Shown: in pieces, positions 45,906 through 54,773 of the stretch
Layout: each line of letters opens with the position of its first letter
Numbering within the stretch: position 1 is the stretch's first letter
From: Thermoproteota archaeon
GTDB lineage: Archaea; Korarchaeota; Korarchaeia; Korarchaeales; Korarchaeaceae
Reading direction: 5' to 3'
Assembly (NCBI GenBank): GCA_027491435.1
Contig: JAOZFG010000012.1
Span: forward strand, 1-54,773
Length of the DNA stretch: 54,773 nucleotides
The notes under the pieces: model-generated
What the model was told of the DNA's origin: nothing
Databases searched by the model: none
The model's input: only the letters and a program-made list of their open reading frames with translations
Program-made: the position numbers and the translations under genes

Positions 45906-46577
45906 GTGGGTTGCATATCCTTCAAGGAGCCGAGAGAGCCCTTAGAGGTACACCTTCATTTAACGGCCCACTTCATAGATAGGGCCTTCTTGAGGAGGGG
46001 TTACCACAAGAGGATTGGTGACAGAGGAAGGGAGGTCTTGCTGCTGGCGGCCATATTACACGACATCGGGAAGGGCCACAAAAGTTTTCAGTCCAGGGGG
46101 ACTTTCCCAGGACACGAGCTATACTCAGGTTACCTAGTCCACAGGATGGTTGAGGAGGGGTTAATTGAGCTAGGTGATTGGGGGGTTCCCTTATCGGCTG
46201 CCATAGCTCTGCACCACCACACTATGAAGGGAAGGAGCGTCTTTGAAGATTTCGAGTTAACAGAGGAGTGCCGCTCTCAAGTTGAGGAGGTCATCCAATC
46301 ATTTAACCTAGAGGGGAGCCTCAATAACCTAGAGAAAGCTTCGCTAAAAGAAATTAATGAGTGGTTATATAAAATCAAGGGCTGGATAAGGAAACCGGGC
46401 AACCTAAAGAGGGTCTACCTTATACTTTATCCTTTAATAATAGCTGACAACATGGCGGCTTCGATAAGGGGGGGAAGCACCCTGCTTAGCAGCGAACTGC
46501 AGACTAGCTATTGGCCGGTGGTGCTGTATGAGAACTTATGTAATCACCCTTGGTTACGACGAAAAGTTTGCCCTTAG
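45906..46577 (+). CDS. cas3'': Cas3'' HD nuclease
   Basis: E.L..HL, LHDIGK, HE..S, ALHHH and ADN.AA. Confidence 0.93.
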   Translation: MGCISFKEPREPLEVHLHLTAHFIDRAFLRRGYHKRIGDRGREVLLLAAILHDIGKGHKSFQSRGTFPGHELYSGYLVHRMVEEGLIELGDWGVPLSAAIALHHHTMKGRSVFEDFELTEECRSQVEEVIQSFNLEGSLNNLEKASLKEINEWLYKIKGWIRKPGNLKRVYLILYPLIIADNMAASIRGGSTLLSSELQTSYWPVVLYENLCNHPWLRRKVCP

Positions 46578-47142
46578 ATTCCTGCTGAGGCACCCGGTAG
46601 AGGAGGGAGATAAGGTTTACATAGTCATGCCTGAGGGCGGCGATGAGAAAGTCTTAAACGCCTTTAGAAACTTAAATAAGTTAGTTGACGGCGTTAAGCC
46701 AATAGAGCTGAACTTAGATAGACCTGTGGAGGAAGTCTCCAGGATCTCCAGGTTGTTAGCTGAGGAAACTTCAGGTGACCTCTTCCTGTGCCTAAGCGGT
46801 GGTATGAGGGCTGTCGTGGTGATAACCTTGTTGGCAGCACAGAAACTGGTGAGGGAGACCACTAGGAGGGCCTGGCTGGAAATCGAGTTTGAGAACTTAT
46901 CCGGGTACATGAGAATGCCCCTAAACGTGATAACCCTGCCTAGGAACGAGAGATACCTTAAGATATTAAAGGCCATTAGGGAGCTGGGTAAGACGTCCAT
47001 CAGAAACCTGAGCTTATCTACGGGAATACCCATAACCACGGTGCACAGGGAATTAAGGAGGATGATTGCTGCAGGGCTCGTCAGTAAGGACTTGAACCTA
47101 ACGGAGGAAGGGTGGGCTTACCTCAAGCTGTACTCAGACTAG
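46528..47142 (+). CDS. csa3: Csa3 CARF-wHTH regulator
   Basis: TLGYDEKF.LR and LSGGMR motifs plus C-terminal wHTH. Confidence 0.92.
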   Translation: MRTYVITLGYDEKFALRFLLRHPVEEGDKVYIVMPEGGDEKVLNAFRNLNKLVDGVKPIELNLDRPVEEVSRISRLLAEETSGDLFLCLSGGMRAVVVITLLAAQKLVRETTRRAWLEIEFENLSGYMRMPLNVITLPRNERYLKILKAIRELGKTSIRNLSLSTGIPITTVHRELRRMIAAGLVSKDLNLTEEGWAYLKLYSD

Positions 47143-47221
47143 TCCCTCTTTTTCTATTCTAGGGGTTGTGGAGGGAATAATGGGATAAAACCTATTTTAA
47201 CTCTAACTTACAAATTTACAT

Positions 47222-48436
47222 ATGTTATCCCTATGGAACGGAATGCCTGTATGCTTTCCCAAGTTTGATGGATCCCAATACTTATTGGATCCCTGGTTAC
47301 TAAATTATGATTTAAGTAGGATTAGGTACTCTAGATTTAAAATAAATAATCGCATCGTGAGCTACGTTTATTACATGCTGGTTTTTCTCCCTCAATTCTG
47401 GAACCTATTTACCCTTAGGGTAACTGCTGAGAACTTGATGGAGCGACTATCTTACACGCTCAAGCGAGGGTCTAGTAGCTTACTGTTAAGTAAGCTCTAC
47501 AACATAGATGGATTTAGCAAGGGAGCCGTTAGTAGAGGGGTGTTTGAAGAGCTCAAGATTAGTAAGAGGCTTATGGACCTTTACATGGAGACCTTGGATC
47601 TCATCTTTTCTTTAACTCCCCTAACCGTGTATAAGGAGCTACTCTGGTCGCCCAACCTCTGCACGTATGTGTATAGAACCGACTTAGATTATCTGAACTC
47701 TTACTGCTACGGCCGCTTCCTAGCCTTCCTGAGGCCTGACCTGATCAGGCGCGTAGAGGGGGACAAGTGGGTCGCCTGGAGTAAACTCGTGGAGTTGTGC
47801 CCAAAGGGAGTTAAGGAGCGTAAGATCTACTTGCTTATACCTGAAGATATGTTGGGGATAGTGAAAGCCATTGGTCCAGCCATTTACAAGGTCACTGGCG
47901 AGGTAGAGGCGAGGTATAAGGCGAACTCCCTGACCAAGAAGTTGTATAGGGCAGTGGAATTGGAACCTTTTAGGCTATCCCCTGAGGAGGTCGTTCCCTT
48001 CTTATACCCCTATCACCTCAGTGAAGAGGACTCCCAGAGGAGGGTTATAAGCTATTACGTAAGGACAAGCATTGTTTACGACATCCTAGACGAGATAAGG
48101 GAGAGGTTTCCCTTCTACTCTGGGAGGTCGACTCCGTTGAATTTCAAGAAGAGACATATGTTATCGAAAGTTGAGGACGGTGGAGATTACCTGAATTACA
48201 TAGCGGTGAACCCGAGCTACGTGATCAGCCTGTTGAAGAGTTATAACCTTAACAATCGCCACGGCATACACGCTAGGAGGGTACTAGATGGCGACGTCCT
48301 AAGTAAGGTCATCTCAATCGAAGAAAGCTCCTTAGCTAGGTTATATGACACCCTCTTCTTCCTACACTTAGAACAGAGGAAGAGCGTATTCACTTGCATT
48401 AAGGATTTCTTCTCCCTCAAGGAGGAACCTCCATGA
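47222..48436 (+). CDS. Hypothetical protein in defence island
   Basis: 404-aa ORF with own TTTTAA box ~25 bp upstream; no family recognised; 20-nt convergent overlap with drmB. Confidence 0.7.
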   Translation: MLSLWNGMPVCFPKFDGSQYLLDPWLLNYDLSRIRYSRFKINNRIVSYVYYMLVFLPQFWNLFTLRVTAENLMERLSYTLKRGSSSLLLSKLYNIDGFSKGAVSRGVFEELKISKRLMDLYMETLDLIFSLTPLTVYKELLWSPNLCTYVYRTDLDYLNSYCYGRFLAFLRPDLIRRVEGDKWVAWSKLVELCPKGVKERKIYLLIPEDMLGIVKAIGPAIYKVTGEVEARYKANSLTKKLYRAVELEPFRLSPEEVVPFLYPYHLSEEDSQRRVISYYVRTSIVYDILDEIRERFPFYSGRSTPLNFKKRHMLSKVEDGGDYLNYIAVNPSYVISLLKSYNLNNRHGIHARRVLDGDVLSKVISIEESSLARLYDTLFFLHLEQRKSVFTCIKDFFSLKEEPP

Positions 48437-50198
48437 GTAGGTGCCTATCCAACCACATGTTCCTGTACTCACACGAAGTTTCCGATAGGTAAGTGCAGGC
48501 GTAACAGGCAGCCCCTACGTAGAGAGGCGGAGAGAACTCTTGATCGGAGCAAAGAGGGTCGTTAGGACATGAGCTGGCTAGCTCCTGGACCTTACTCAAT
48601 ATTTCCTTGAATTTGGGAGTTAAGGAAATTAGGCCCCCTAAGGAGCCATCTCCCGGCTGAACGGTGTATATGAGAACCCCTCCTATCCCTCTCTTAACGT
48701 CCACGTAGACCCTTTCCCTCAGAGAGGCTGATGAGTAACCAGAGTGTTGAGATAGGGACCTTATAAGTAAGTGGGAAAAGGTGTGCCACCACACAAATAA
48801 AGGATTCAACTCAATCCTCTTATGTGGGTTCAGAAACAGGTTATCCTCATACTCTCTGGACCTATTCAGAAAGGCGTCATTCCACCTTTCCCAGTTAGGC
48901 CCTCCGGGCCCTATGTCCTTAGAAGTTATGAAGAGGCCCTCTCCAAAGTGCTTCACCCCGGGGTACCACCTGACGCCCTCACTATCGGTGAAGCCCACGT
49001 CAACGAGCTCTGGTTTACCGCCCGGAACTGGTCTTAAGTAACCAACCTGTATTATCACAGACCTAAGCTTCGTTATCGGTGTTAGCCTGTAAGTTCTGCC
49101 ATTATCGCTCACTTCCTCCCTTATCATTTCCTTGGGAGCTTCAAACAGCACTTCTGATAAACCTAGCCTGTCCTTTATGCTAACAGGAGGGGCCCCATTT
49201 ACGGAGACGTCCAGAAGTATTTTGAACTCCTCCTCCCATATGCTAAGCTTACCCTCGCTAGCCTCGTCCTGCGTACTGAAACAAACCTCCTTTAGGGCTA
49301 TCCTTAGGACCTCTCTGTCTGAGCTCAGGAGCTTAGATATTGAACTCTCCCTAAATAGGCGGGCCTCCCTTATCCTCTCCATAACCTCCTTGAACTTATC
49401 AAACCACCCCTCATCCTCTAAATCCTCTCTATTCAATAGAGGGACTATGGAGTAGCAAAATCCATCCTCTTCAAGAATTCTGTGAACCTCCGTGTAGACC
49501 GGGGGCAGCGTGAACAGAGGATACACTACTGGCACTCTGAGGTAGGAGGACTGCCTCAATATCACGTAAGAGTTCCTGTCGCACTTACCCCTAACGGGAG
49601 GACTGTCTAACCTCTCAACCTCTGGCCTCCTCCCGGAGCACGGCCAAGGTCTGCCGTATACGTCCTCCATAGTGACTTCAGCTCCGCATTTTGGACACTT
49701 CACCTTAACGCTGCTCATTGAAGGGCCCTTCGACTCGTATATGTAGTAATCTGGCCTACACTCGTGGGACCCGTGAACTACGTAATGCCAATCTACGTCA
49801 TCCAAATGGCCAGCACTACATGCCCTGACGAACCTAACCCCGTCCCAGTTGTTCCTTCCCTTTCCCTCCCTCTTACATTCAGGACAACCCTTGCTGTAGG
49901 GGAAGAGGTAACCGTGATCGGGGCAGACCCACCACTCGGGGAATACCCTAGTTATGTAATGAACCCTTTCCCTTAGAAGCTCCTCCTCAGATGGTAGTTG
50001 GAAGACCCTCTTGTTCATTCCTAGAAGCTTTTTTATCCTTCTCTCGTTTATTTCGAAGTCCTTAGGATTTAATTTGCTGTAAAATAATCCTATATCAGGT
50101 CTAGGGATTAGCCTAGGTCCCTTCCTGCTCTCCAGTATTGAGCCTGGACCGTAGGTTATGATGAATTGAGTCCTCCTCATCCTCTCTATTCTGGCCAT
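48417..50198 (-). CDS. drmB: DUF1998 protein, DISARM DrmB-like
   Basis: R..Q.I.TYGPG, RFV.AC..GHLDD, GEG.FI, HTFSHLLIR.LS..SGY..ASLRERVY, GSLGGL and C.NDPLC...ACYAC...SETSC. Confidence 0.9.
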   Translation of the reverse strand: MARIERMRRTQFIITYGPGSILESRKGPRLIPRPDIGLFYSKLNPKDFEINERRIKKLLGMNKRVFQLPSEEELLRERVHYITRVFPEWWVCPDHGYLFPYSKGCPECKREGKGRNNWDGVRFVRACSAGHLDDVDWHYVVHGSHECRPDYYIYESKGPSMSSVKVKCPKCGAEVTMEDVYGRPWPCSGRRPEVERLDSPPVRGKCDRNSYVILRQSSYLRVPVVYPLFTLPPVYTEVHRILEEDGFCYSIVPLLNREDLEDEGWFDKFKEVMERIREARLFRESSISKLLSSDREVLRIALKEVCFSTQDEASEGKLSIWEEEFKILLDVSVNGAPPVSIKDRLGLSEVLFEAPKEMIREEVSDNGRTYRLTPITKLRSVIIQVGYLRPVPGGKPELVDVGFTDSEGVRWYPGVKHFGEGLFITSKDIGPGGPNWERWNDAFLNRSREYEDNLFLNPHKRIELNPLFVWWHTFSHLLIRSLSQHSGYSSASLRERVYVDVKRGIGGVLIYTVQPGDGSLGGLISLTPKFKEILSKVQELASSCPNDPLCSDQEFSPPLYVGAACYACTYLSETSCEYRNMWLDRHLLMEVPP

Positions 50199-53100
50199 CT
50201 AACCCACCTCGAAGAGGGTGAATTCCTCGACGTCCCTGAGGGAATTTGGGGAGTTCCTATAGACAACCACTCTATTGGCCCTCTCGTGCATCACGTCTCC
50301 CAGCACAACGTCGTATTTTGTCTGAAAGTACTCGTTGAAGACAAGCTCTCTCCCTACGCTTATAACTGTTCTAGCTACTTTCTCCCACCTTTCAAGCTCT
50401 TCCCTAATCTTGGCGAGTACTGAAGTGTCATCTTCAGATCTTAGGACTTGAGGTTGCCTCCTGTACCTGTTTGCCAACACGTTGATGACGTTATCAAGAT
50501 CGGAGCTCGCCCTAGGACAGGAAATCACGTTGATGGCATCTTCGTTATTAATCCAGCTGCACTTCACTTTTAAGTCGTTTCTCAATATGGCCACGGCTAC
50601 AGGTCCAACACAGCGGCTCATAGTAGTGGGAGCGAATGGAGTAGCTGTAGAAGGCTCTACGTACCTCTCCAAGTTCAGGTGGTAACCCAAAAACATCTCG
50701 TAGTGGCTGAGGTCTCTGGGCCTGCTGAACTTGAAGTACGTGATAACGAGGCCGGGGAAGGACCTGCCCACCCTTCCCGTAGCCTGAAGGTAGGCAGAGC
50801 TTGTCTTAGGTTGCCCGTGAACGAACATGAGGGAGAGCCTCCTGACGTCAACTCCTGTGCCGAACATAGACGTTGTTAAGAGGACGTCTACGCACCCAGG
50901 ATTTTCAGGATCTCCGCTGAACTCCCTCTTGATGGTGTTCAGCTTGGCAGGCAATTCAGTCGATTCCACTTTACTTGAAAGCTCCTCAACTCTACTGAAG
51001 TCTATCTTCCTAACCCCCTCACCTCCTCCAGCTAGGAACTCAAGCTCTTCCCTTACGTGTTGTCTTAGCACTGACCTGGAGATAGCCAGCTCCTTTATTG
51101 TATTGAAATAGGCTACTAGGGTCCAATAGGGATCAACTTCCTTTCCATAAATTAAGGAGAGTTCGTAGGCAGTTTGCAGGAGTGAAGCCCATATCTTCCT
51201 TATGGCGAACTGGCTTCCTATCCCAGGGGTTAGAATCCCCACATAAAGCTTCCCTGAACCCATCTCCAGGAGACCTCTTCTCCTGAACCTTATGAAGAAC
51301 CTATCAGAGAAATCCTTCCCGTAGTAGGGGAACTTCCTAGCTTCTCTAACGAAGATCGCCCTTACCTGATCGTCAGAGCTCCTTACAGTTGCTGAGGAAG
51401 CTATGTACTTGGGAATTTTCTCCCTGCTGCTCAAGTAGTCGACTGCGGTCTCGAAAATCCCTACCATGCTACCTAGCGGCCCGTTTATCAGATGCAGTTC
51501 ATCCTGAATTATCAGCTCAGGAGGGTCAAAAGGCTCTACCTCAACTGAAAACTCGTGACCCCTGGGAAAAAGCTCAGAGAGGGATTCTACAGGCACATCT
51601 TCCCTGTAATACCCCCAATAGGGGGAGTAGCGGTTGACGTTTCCAAATATCGCTGCGGATCTGGGCTCGTAAGATAGTCTAGCTATTTTGTCTACGGTCC
51701 CCACTAAGAATGATGGCGGATCCTTGTATATTTGCTCATCTACTGTTAAGGCAGGTATGGGAATCCTCCAGGAAATCCCACCCTTAGACATGTAATCTGG
51801 GGGTTCCTTGAAGACAAATCCCTTCTCGGGTGGCCTAAGCTCTCTGTCCAATCGAACCTTTTCTTTGCCGCCAGAAGGAGCTCCTTCAATCCAGTAAGCC
51901 CTGTTTAAGCTACACTTTGGATTAGGGCAGAGGATTACGAAGTCGGTAACCTTCCAATCATTTGGCTTATTTCTGACAGGGAAGTATCCTGGCCTGCTAG
52001 CGTTAAGGGGAACAAGGCTTGCAGATAACCTTTTGCTACTCCTCCTGGCGTTAAACCTCTTCTTAAGGCTGTTGTACACTTTAGTGAAAGTGTCCAGGGA
52101 TATAGGAGAGTCCGAATTTATCACCAGCTCCACGCTGAAGGTCCCCTCGCTGGGCAGCCTGTGAACTTCTTCCACATAGGCCTCCACACCTCCCTTGTAT
52201 TTCCAACTCTTTATGTAATTCAGGGTATTGTCTACGAGCTCTTCACTCCCCTCCTCCAGCCTGATAGTCAAGAATATTCTGTGTTCTCCACTATCTAGAC
52301 CAGTTTGAGGCAAAGCTGTTATGGAACCGCAGACTGGACAGTTTAGTACCTGCGCTGGCTCTCCCTTAGCCCCCTTCCTCCTGCCCTCCAGTATCCTTAT
52401 GGCGTCATCCTCCTTGTAGTTCTTGCTAGATATCCTGTTGGGGGAGACGTGCCCTCCAACCCACAGCCCTAATGAGAACTTTGTAGAGCCCCAGATGAAG
52501 TCTTCCTTTCCAGGATAACCCTCAGGCCTCCAGCCTACGGGATCCCTTCCCAAACCCCATACCCTCAAGTACTCCATGGCCGTTATTACCCTGAGAGCCC
52601 TCCTAAACTGCTGAATTGTGAGCAGCCTTAAAGTATACCTGAGTACAGCTGCTACCCCAGCTCCTGACTTGCCCAACTTCAAAGCACGTCTCCTTCTTAG
52701 GGCCAAAGTAAAGGCCACGATGGCCAAGTAAGCTTCAGTCTTTCCTCCCCCCGTGGGGACGAATAGTACGTCGCAGACCTCTCTGGATGGACTATTAGGG
52801 TCTGAAATCGATTCTAAGGCTAAAAGGAAGAATGCTAGTTGGAAGGGTCTCCACTTGAAATCTCCTATAGGTAGATCCCCCTCCTTTCCTTTTTTCCAAG
52901 CTGTTTGAAGGTCTATAGCTTTGTTAGCGAAGCAAAAAGCCAGCCTGACGTCATCGTCGTCCCTGAGTATCTCCAAAGCCTTCTTCATTCTGTTCAAAAA
53001 TTGAATATGATATCCTTTAATATCTGATAATTCTCCTAATTCATCTGAATTAAACGTTGATTCTATCCATTTTTCATAATTATCAACCAATGGCCTTAAC

Positions 53101-54074
53101 TTCTTAATCAGCTCCTCAGGGTTCCAAGTCTCAGCTAAAACGTGAGCTGTCAACTCGGGCTCTGGACTAAATTTCTGATCCCACTCGTATTCGGGGGCTT
53201 CAAGAAGTATTGCAGGCATAAATTCCGTCCTCAAGGTAGGGTTAATGAAGTCTTTAGCCAAGTCCCCTACCATCTCCCTGTCCTGCCAAGTAAAAGGGTC
53301 TTTAACCATGGACTCTAAGTCCACTTCCTTCCAAACGGCTGAACACATATGTCCTTTAGCTAGCGGCCTTCTATTTGAAAATATTTTATCCAGAATTAAC
53401 TCCTCTTTATCAATTTTAGGAAAGCTAGTCATCTTGCTAACTAGCGAGCCCTCCCTCAAATTTATCCTGATCTGGGGTTGAAATATGTAACTTTCAGGGC
53501 CCTTAGTAGACTTAAGTTGATTGACTAGGTATATAGTAAAGTGAAATCCGGTCTCCCTCTTCTTAACAACAACTTTGAGGGAGAGCTCAGCTTCTTCCTT
53601 CCTAACTAAGCCCCCTGGACCTAGATAGAAAGTGCTTCTCCCCGAGCTGGGGTCTAGCTTGAGTAAGGCATACCTAGGCCTCCTGTGCCAACCTCCATCG
53701 CCCTTAAAGTATCTCGCCCAAGTGACAAGCACGTCCATTAACCCCTTACCCTGGACGAGAAAGGAGAGGCCCATGGAGGAAGGCCTTCTCCTGGGGTCTA
53801 TGGGCCCAGTGGTCGAGAGGAGGAAATCCTCGTCCTCTTCGGAGATGGGATCTCCTTCCTCTATAGCTCCAATCATATCTTCCTCGCTCTCAGGAGGTAC
53901 TTCTGCCCTCTTAGCCTCTACTTTAGACTTTAAAGGTGACAACACGCCGGACACGTATAGGTTTAGTGGGTTATCCTTAACTATTTCCCAAGGACCGCTT
54001 TTAGGGCCGATCAGGTTCAGGTAAAGCTCCTTCAGCAAGGATAGCCTAAAGAGGGGCTGACGACCACGACTCAT
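50199..54074 (-). CDS. drmA: SF2 helicase, DISARM DrmA-like
   Basis: WRPFQLAF, PTGGGKTEAY, RYTLRLLT.QQF.R, QDELH, SAT, TL..YFN..EL, GVDV.RL and QATGRVGR; TTTTAAA ~25 bp before ATG 54074. Confidence 0.92.
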   Translation of the reverse strand: MSRGRQPLFRLSLLKELYLNLIGPKSGPWEIVKDNPLNLYVSGVLSPLKSKVEAKRAEVPPESEEDMIGAIEEGDPISEEDEDFLLSTTGPIDPRRRPSSMGLSFLVQGKGLMDVLVTWARYFKGDGGWHRRPRYALLKLDPSSGRSTFYLGPGGLVRKEEAELSLKVVVKKRETGFHFTIYLVNQLKSTKGPESYIFQPQIRINLREGSLVSKMTSFPKIDKEELILDKIFSNRRPLAKGHMCSAVWKEVDLESMVKDPFTWQDREMVGDLAKDFINPTLRTEFMPAILLEAPEYEWDQKFSPEPELTAHVLAETWNPEELIKKLRPLVDNYEKWIESTFNSDELGELSDIKGYHIQFLNRMKKALEILRDDDDVRLAFCFANKAIDLQTAWKKGKEGDLPIGDFKWRPFQLAFFLLALESISDPNSPSREVCDVLFVPTGGGKTEAYLAIVAFTLALRRRRALKLGKSGAGVAAVLRYTLRLLTIQQFRRALRVITAMEYLRVWGLGRDPVGWRPEGYPGKEDFIWGSTKFSLGLWVGGHVSPNRISSKNYKEDDAIRILEGRRKGAKGEPAQVLNCPVCGSITALPQTGLDSGEHRIFLTIRLEEGSEELVDNTLNYIKSWKYKGGVEAYVEEVHRLPSEGTFSVELVINSDSPISLDTFTKVYNSLKKRFNARRSSKRLSASLVPLNASRPGYFPVRNKPNDWKVTDFVILCPNPKCSLNRAYWIEGAPSGGKEKVRLDRELRPPEKGFVFKEPPDYMSKGGISWRIPIPALTVDEQIYKDPPSFLVGTVDKIARLSYEPRSAAIFGNVNRYSPYWGYYREDVPVESLSELFPRGHEFSVEVEPFDPPELIIQDELHLINGPLGSMVGIFETAVDYLSSREKIPKYIASSATVRSSDDQVRAIFVREARKFPYYGKDFSDRFFIRFRRRGLLEMGSGKLYVGILTPGIGSQFAIRKIWASLLQTAYELSLIYGKEVDPYWTLVAYFNTIKELAISRSVLRQHVREELEFLAGGGEGVRKIDFSRVEELSSKVESTELPAKLNTIKREFSGDPENPGCVDVLLTTSMFGTGVDVRRLSLMFVHGQPKTSSAYLQATGRVGRSFPGLVITYFKFSRPRDLSHYEMFLGYHLNLERYVEPSTATPFAPTTMSRCVGPVAVAILRNDLKVKCSWINNEDAINVISCPRASSDLDNVINVLANRYRRQPQVLRSEDDTSVLAKIREELERWEKVARTVISVGRELVFNEYFQTKYDVVLGDVMHERANRVVVYRNSPNSLRDVEEFTLFEVG

Positions 54075-54618
54075 CTGGAACACCCTTCTGGTTCGGTTTA
54101 AAAGTGAGTGGCACCTCTTTTCCAAAGAATAAGTCGAGTCCTATAGAATTGGTGTAACTCTGGGTATTGACGGAGGCAGTAGAAGGTATGGTAGTGCTGT
54201 CGACTTGAGGGCACCCCGTGCTTTGACCTAGTTTTTCAACCATTAAGCCGATCAGCCGCCACCTCTTGAGGCCTGTAAAATCACTATCGGTGATAAATGT
54301 TAACACTTTTTCTCCTTAGCCTTCTTAGGAGGATCAGCTCCCTCGGCTCTTACTTACTAAACAACATTAGAGCTCTGTGTTCCGCGCTATCCAGCAACTT
54401 ATAGGGGAAGTTCATCGCAGCTTCGTCCGCAACGTCCCTTCAAGGTCCTCCTTTCCACAGATGGCAGCGGCCCCTTCAGAACATTAATTTGCAGTATCAT
54501 CCTCGATCATTAGGACAAATTTTTGACTTAAATGGATGGTAACTAATTGACATAAAATTTAAAAGTATAAGCCCCGATGGATTTCACGTTCTAGCTATTG
54601 ATAGGGGGTGAACAATCC

Positions 54619-54773
54619 ATGACTTCTGGGAGCTCTCCACAGGGAAGTAGTGGAGATGACTATGCTAAAATAAATTTCGAGAAGAACTTATGTAAAGATA
54701 AAGATGAAGATGAAGGTAAAGAAGAAATATCCAAAATGTTTGGGAAGATATGGGGTGTAACCGATTCATCCTT
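54619..54773 (+). CDS. 5' fragment of a gene running off the window
   Basis: GGGGGTG SD, then MTSGSSPQGSSGDDYAKINFEKNLCK... open to the window end. Confidence 0.55.
   Translation, partial: MTSGSSPQGSSGDDYAKINFEKNLCKDKDEDEGKEEISKMFGKIWGVTDSS

Noticed and set aside
54046-54306. 86-aa minus-strand ORF upstream of drmA, and a plus-strand TLGIDGGSRRYG peptide resembling RuvC or NurA motifs
   Set aside because: The ORF overlaps the drmA promoter and has atypical composition; the peptide is bounded by stops with no further motifs

Overview
Gene-dense window from a thermophile-like archaeon (AGG/ATA-rich codons, GGTGA-type SD sites, TATA boxes ~25-30 bp before leaderless starts). From 1 to 38.7 kb it holds a decayed AAA+ ATPase copy, MNT-HEPN and VapBC toxin-antitoxin pairs, an atypical heme-copper oxidase operon, NAD(P)HX repair, MPG, three ABC systems and housekeeping genes. 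The oxidase has Asp in place of the helix-VI CuB His, no crosslink Tyr, a subunit II lacking the CuA ligands and an unannotated 35-aa subunit, which fits a gNOR-type NO reductase. The most striking element is at 38.8-40.2 kb: a eukaryote-like Arf-family GTPase fused to a longin-like domain, next to a small uDENN/NPRL2-like longin protein with a candidate GAP arginine finger. From 41 kb on is a lower-GC defence island: a type I-A Cascade/Cas3 operon (no cas6, cas1/2/4 or array in the window) converging on DISARM-like drmA-drmB, with an unknown 404-aa ORF between them. No tRNA, rRNA, transposase or CRISPR array was recognised. All family calls come from motif recognition by eye, not database searches.
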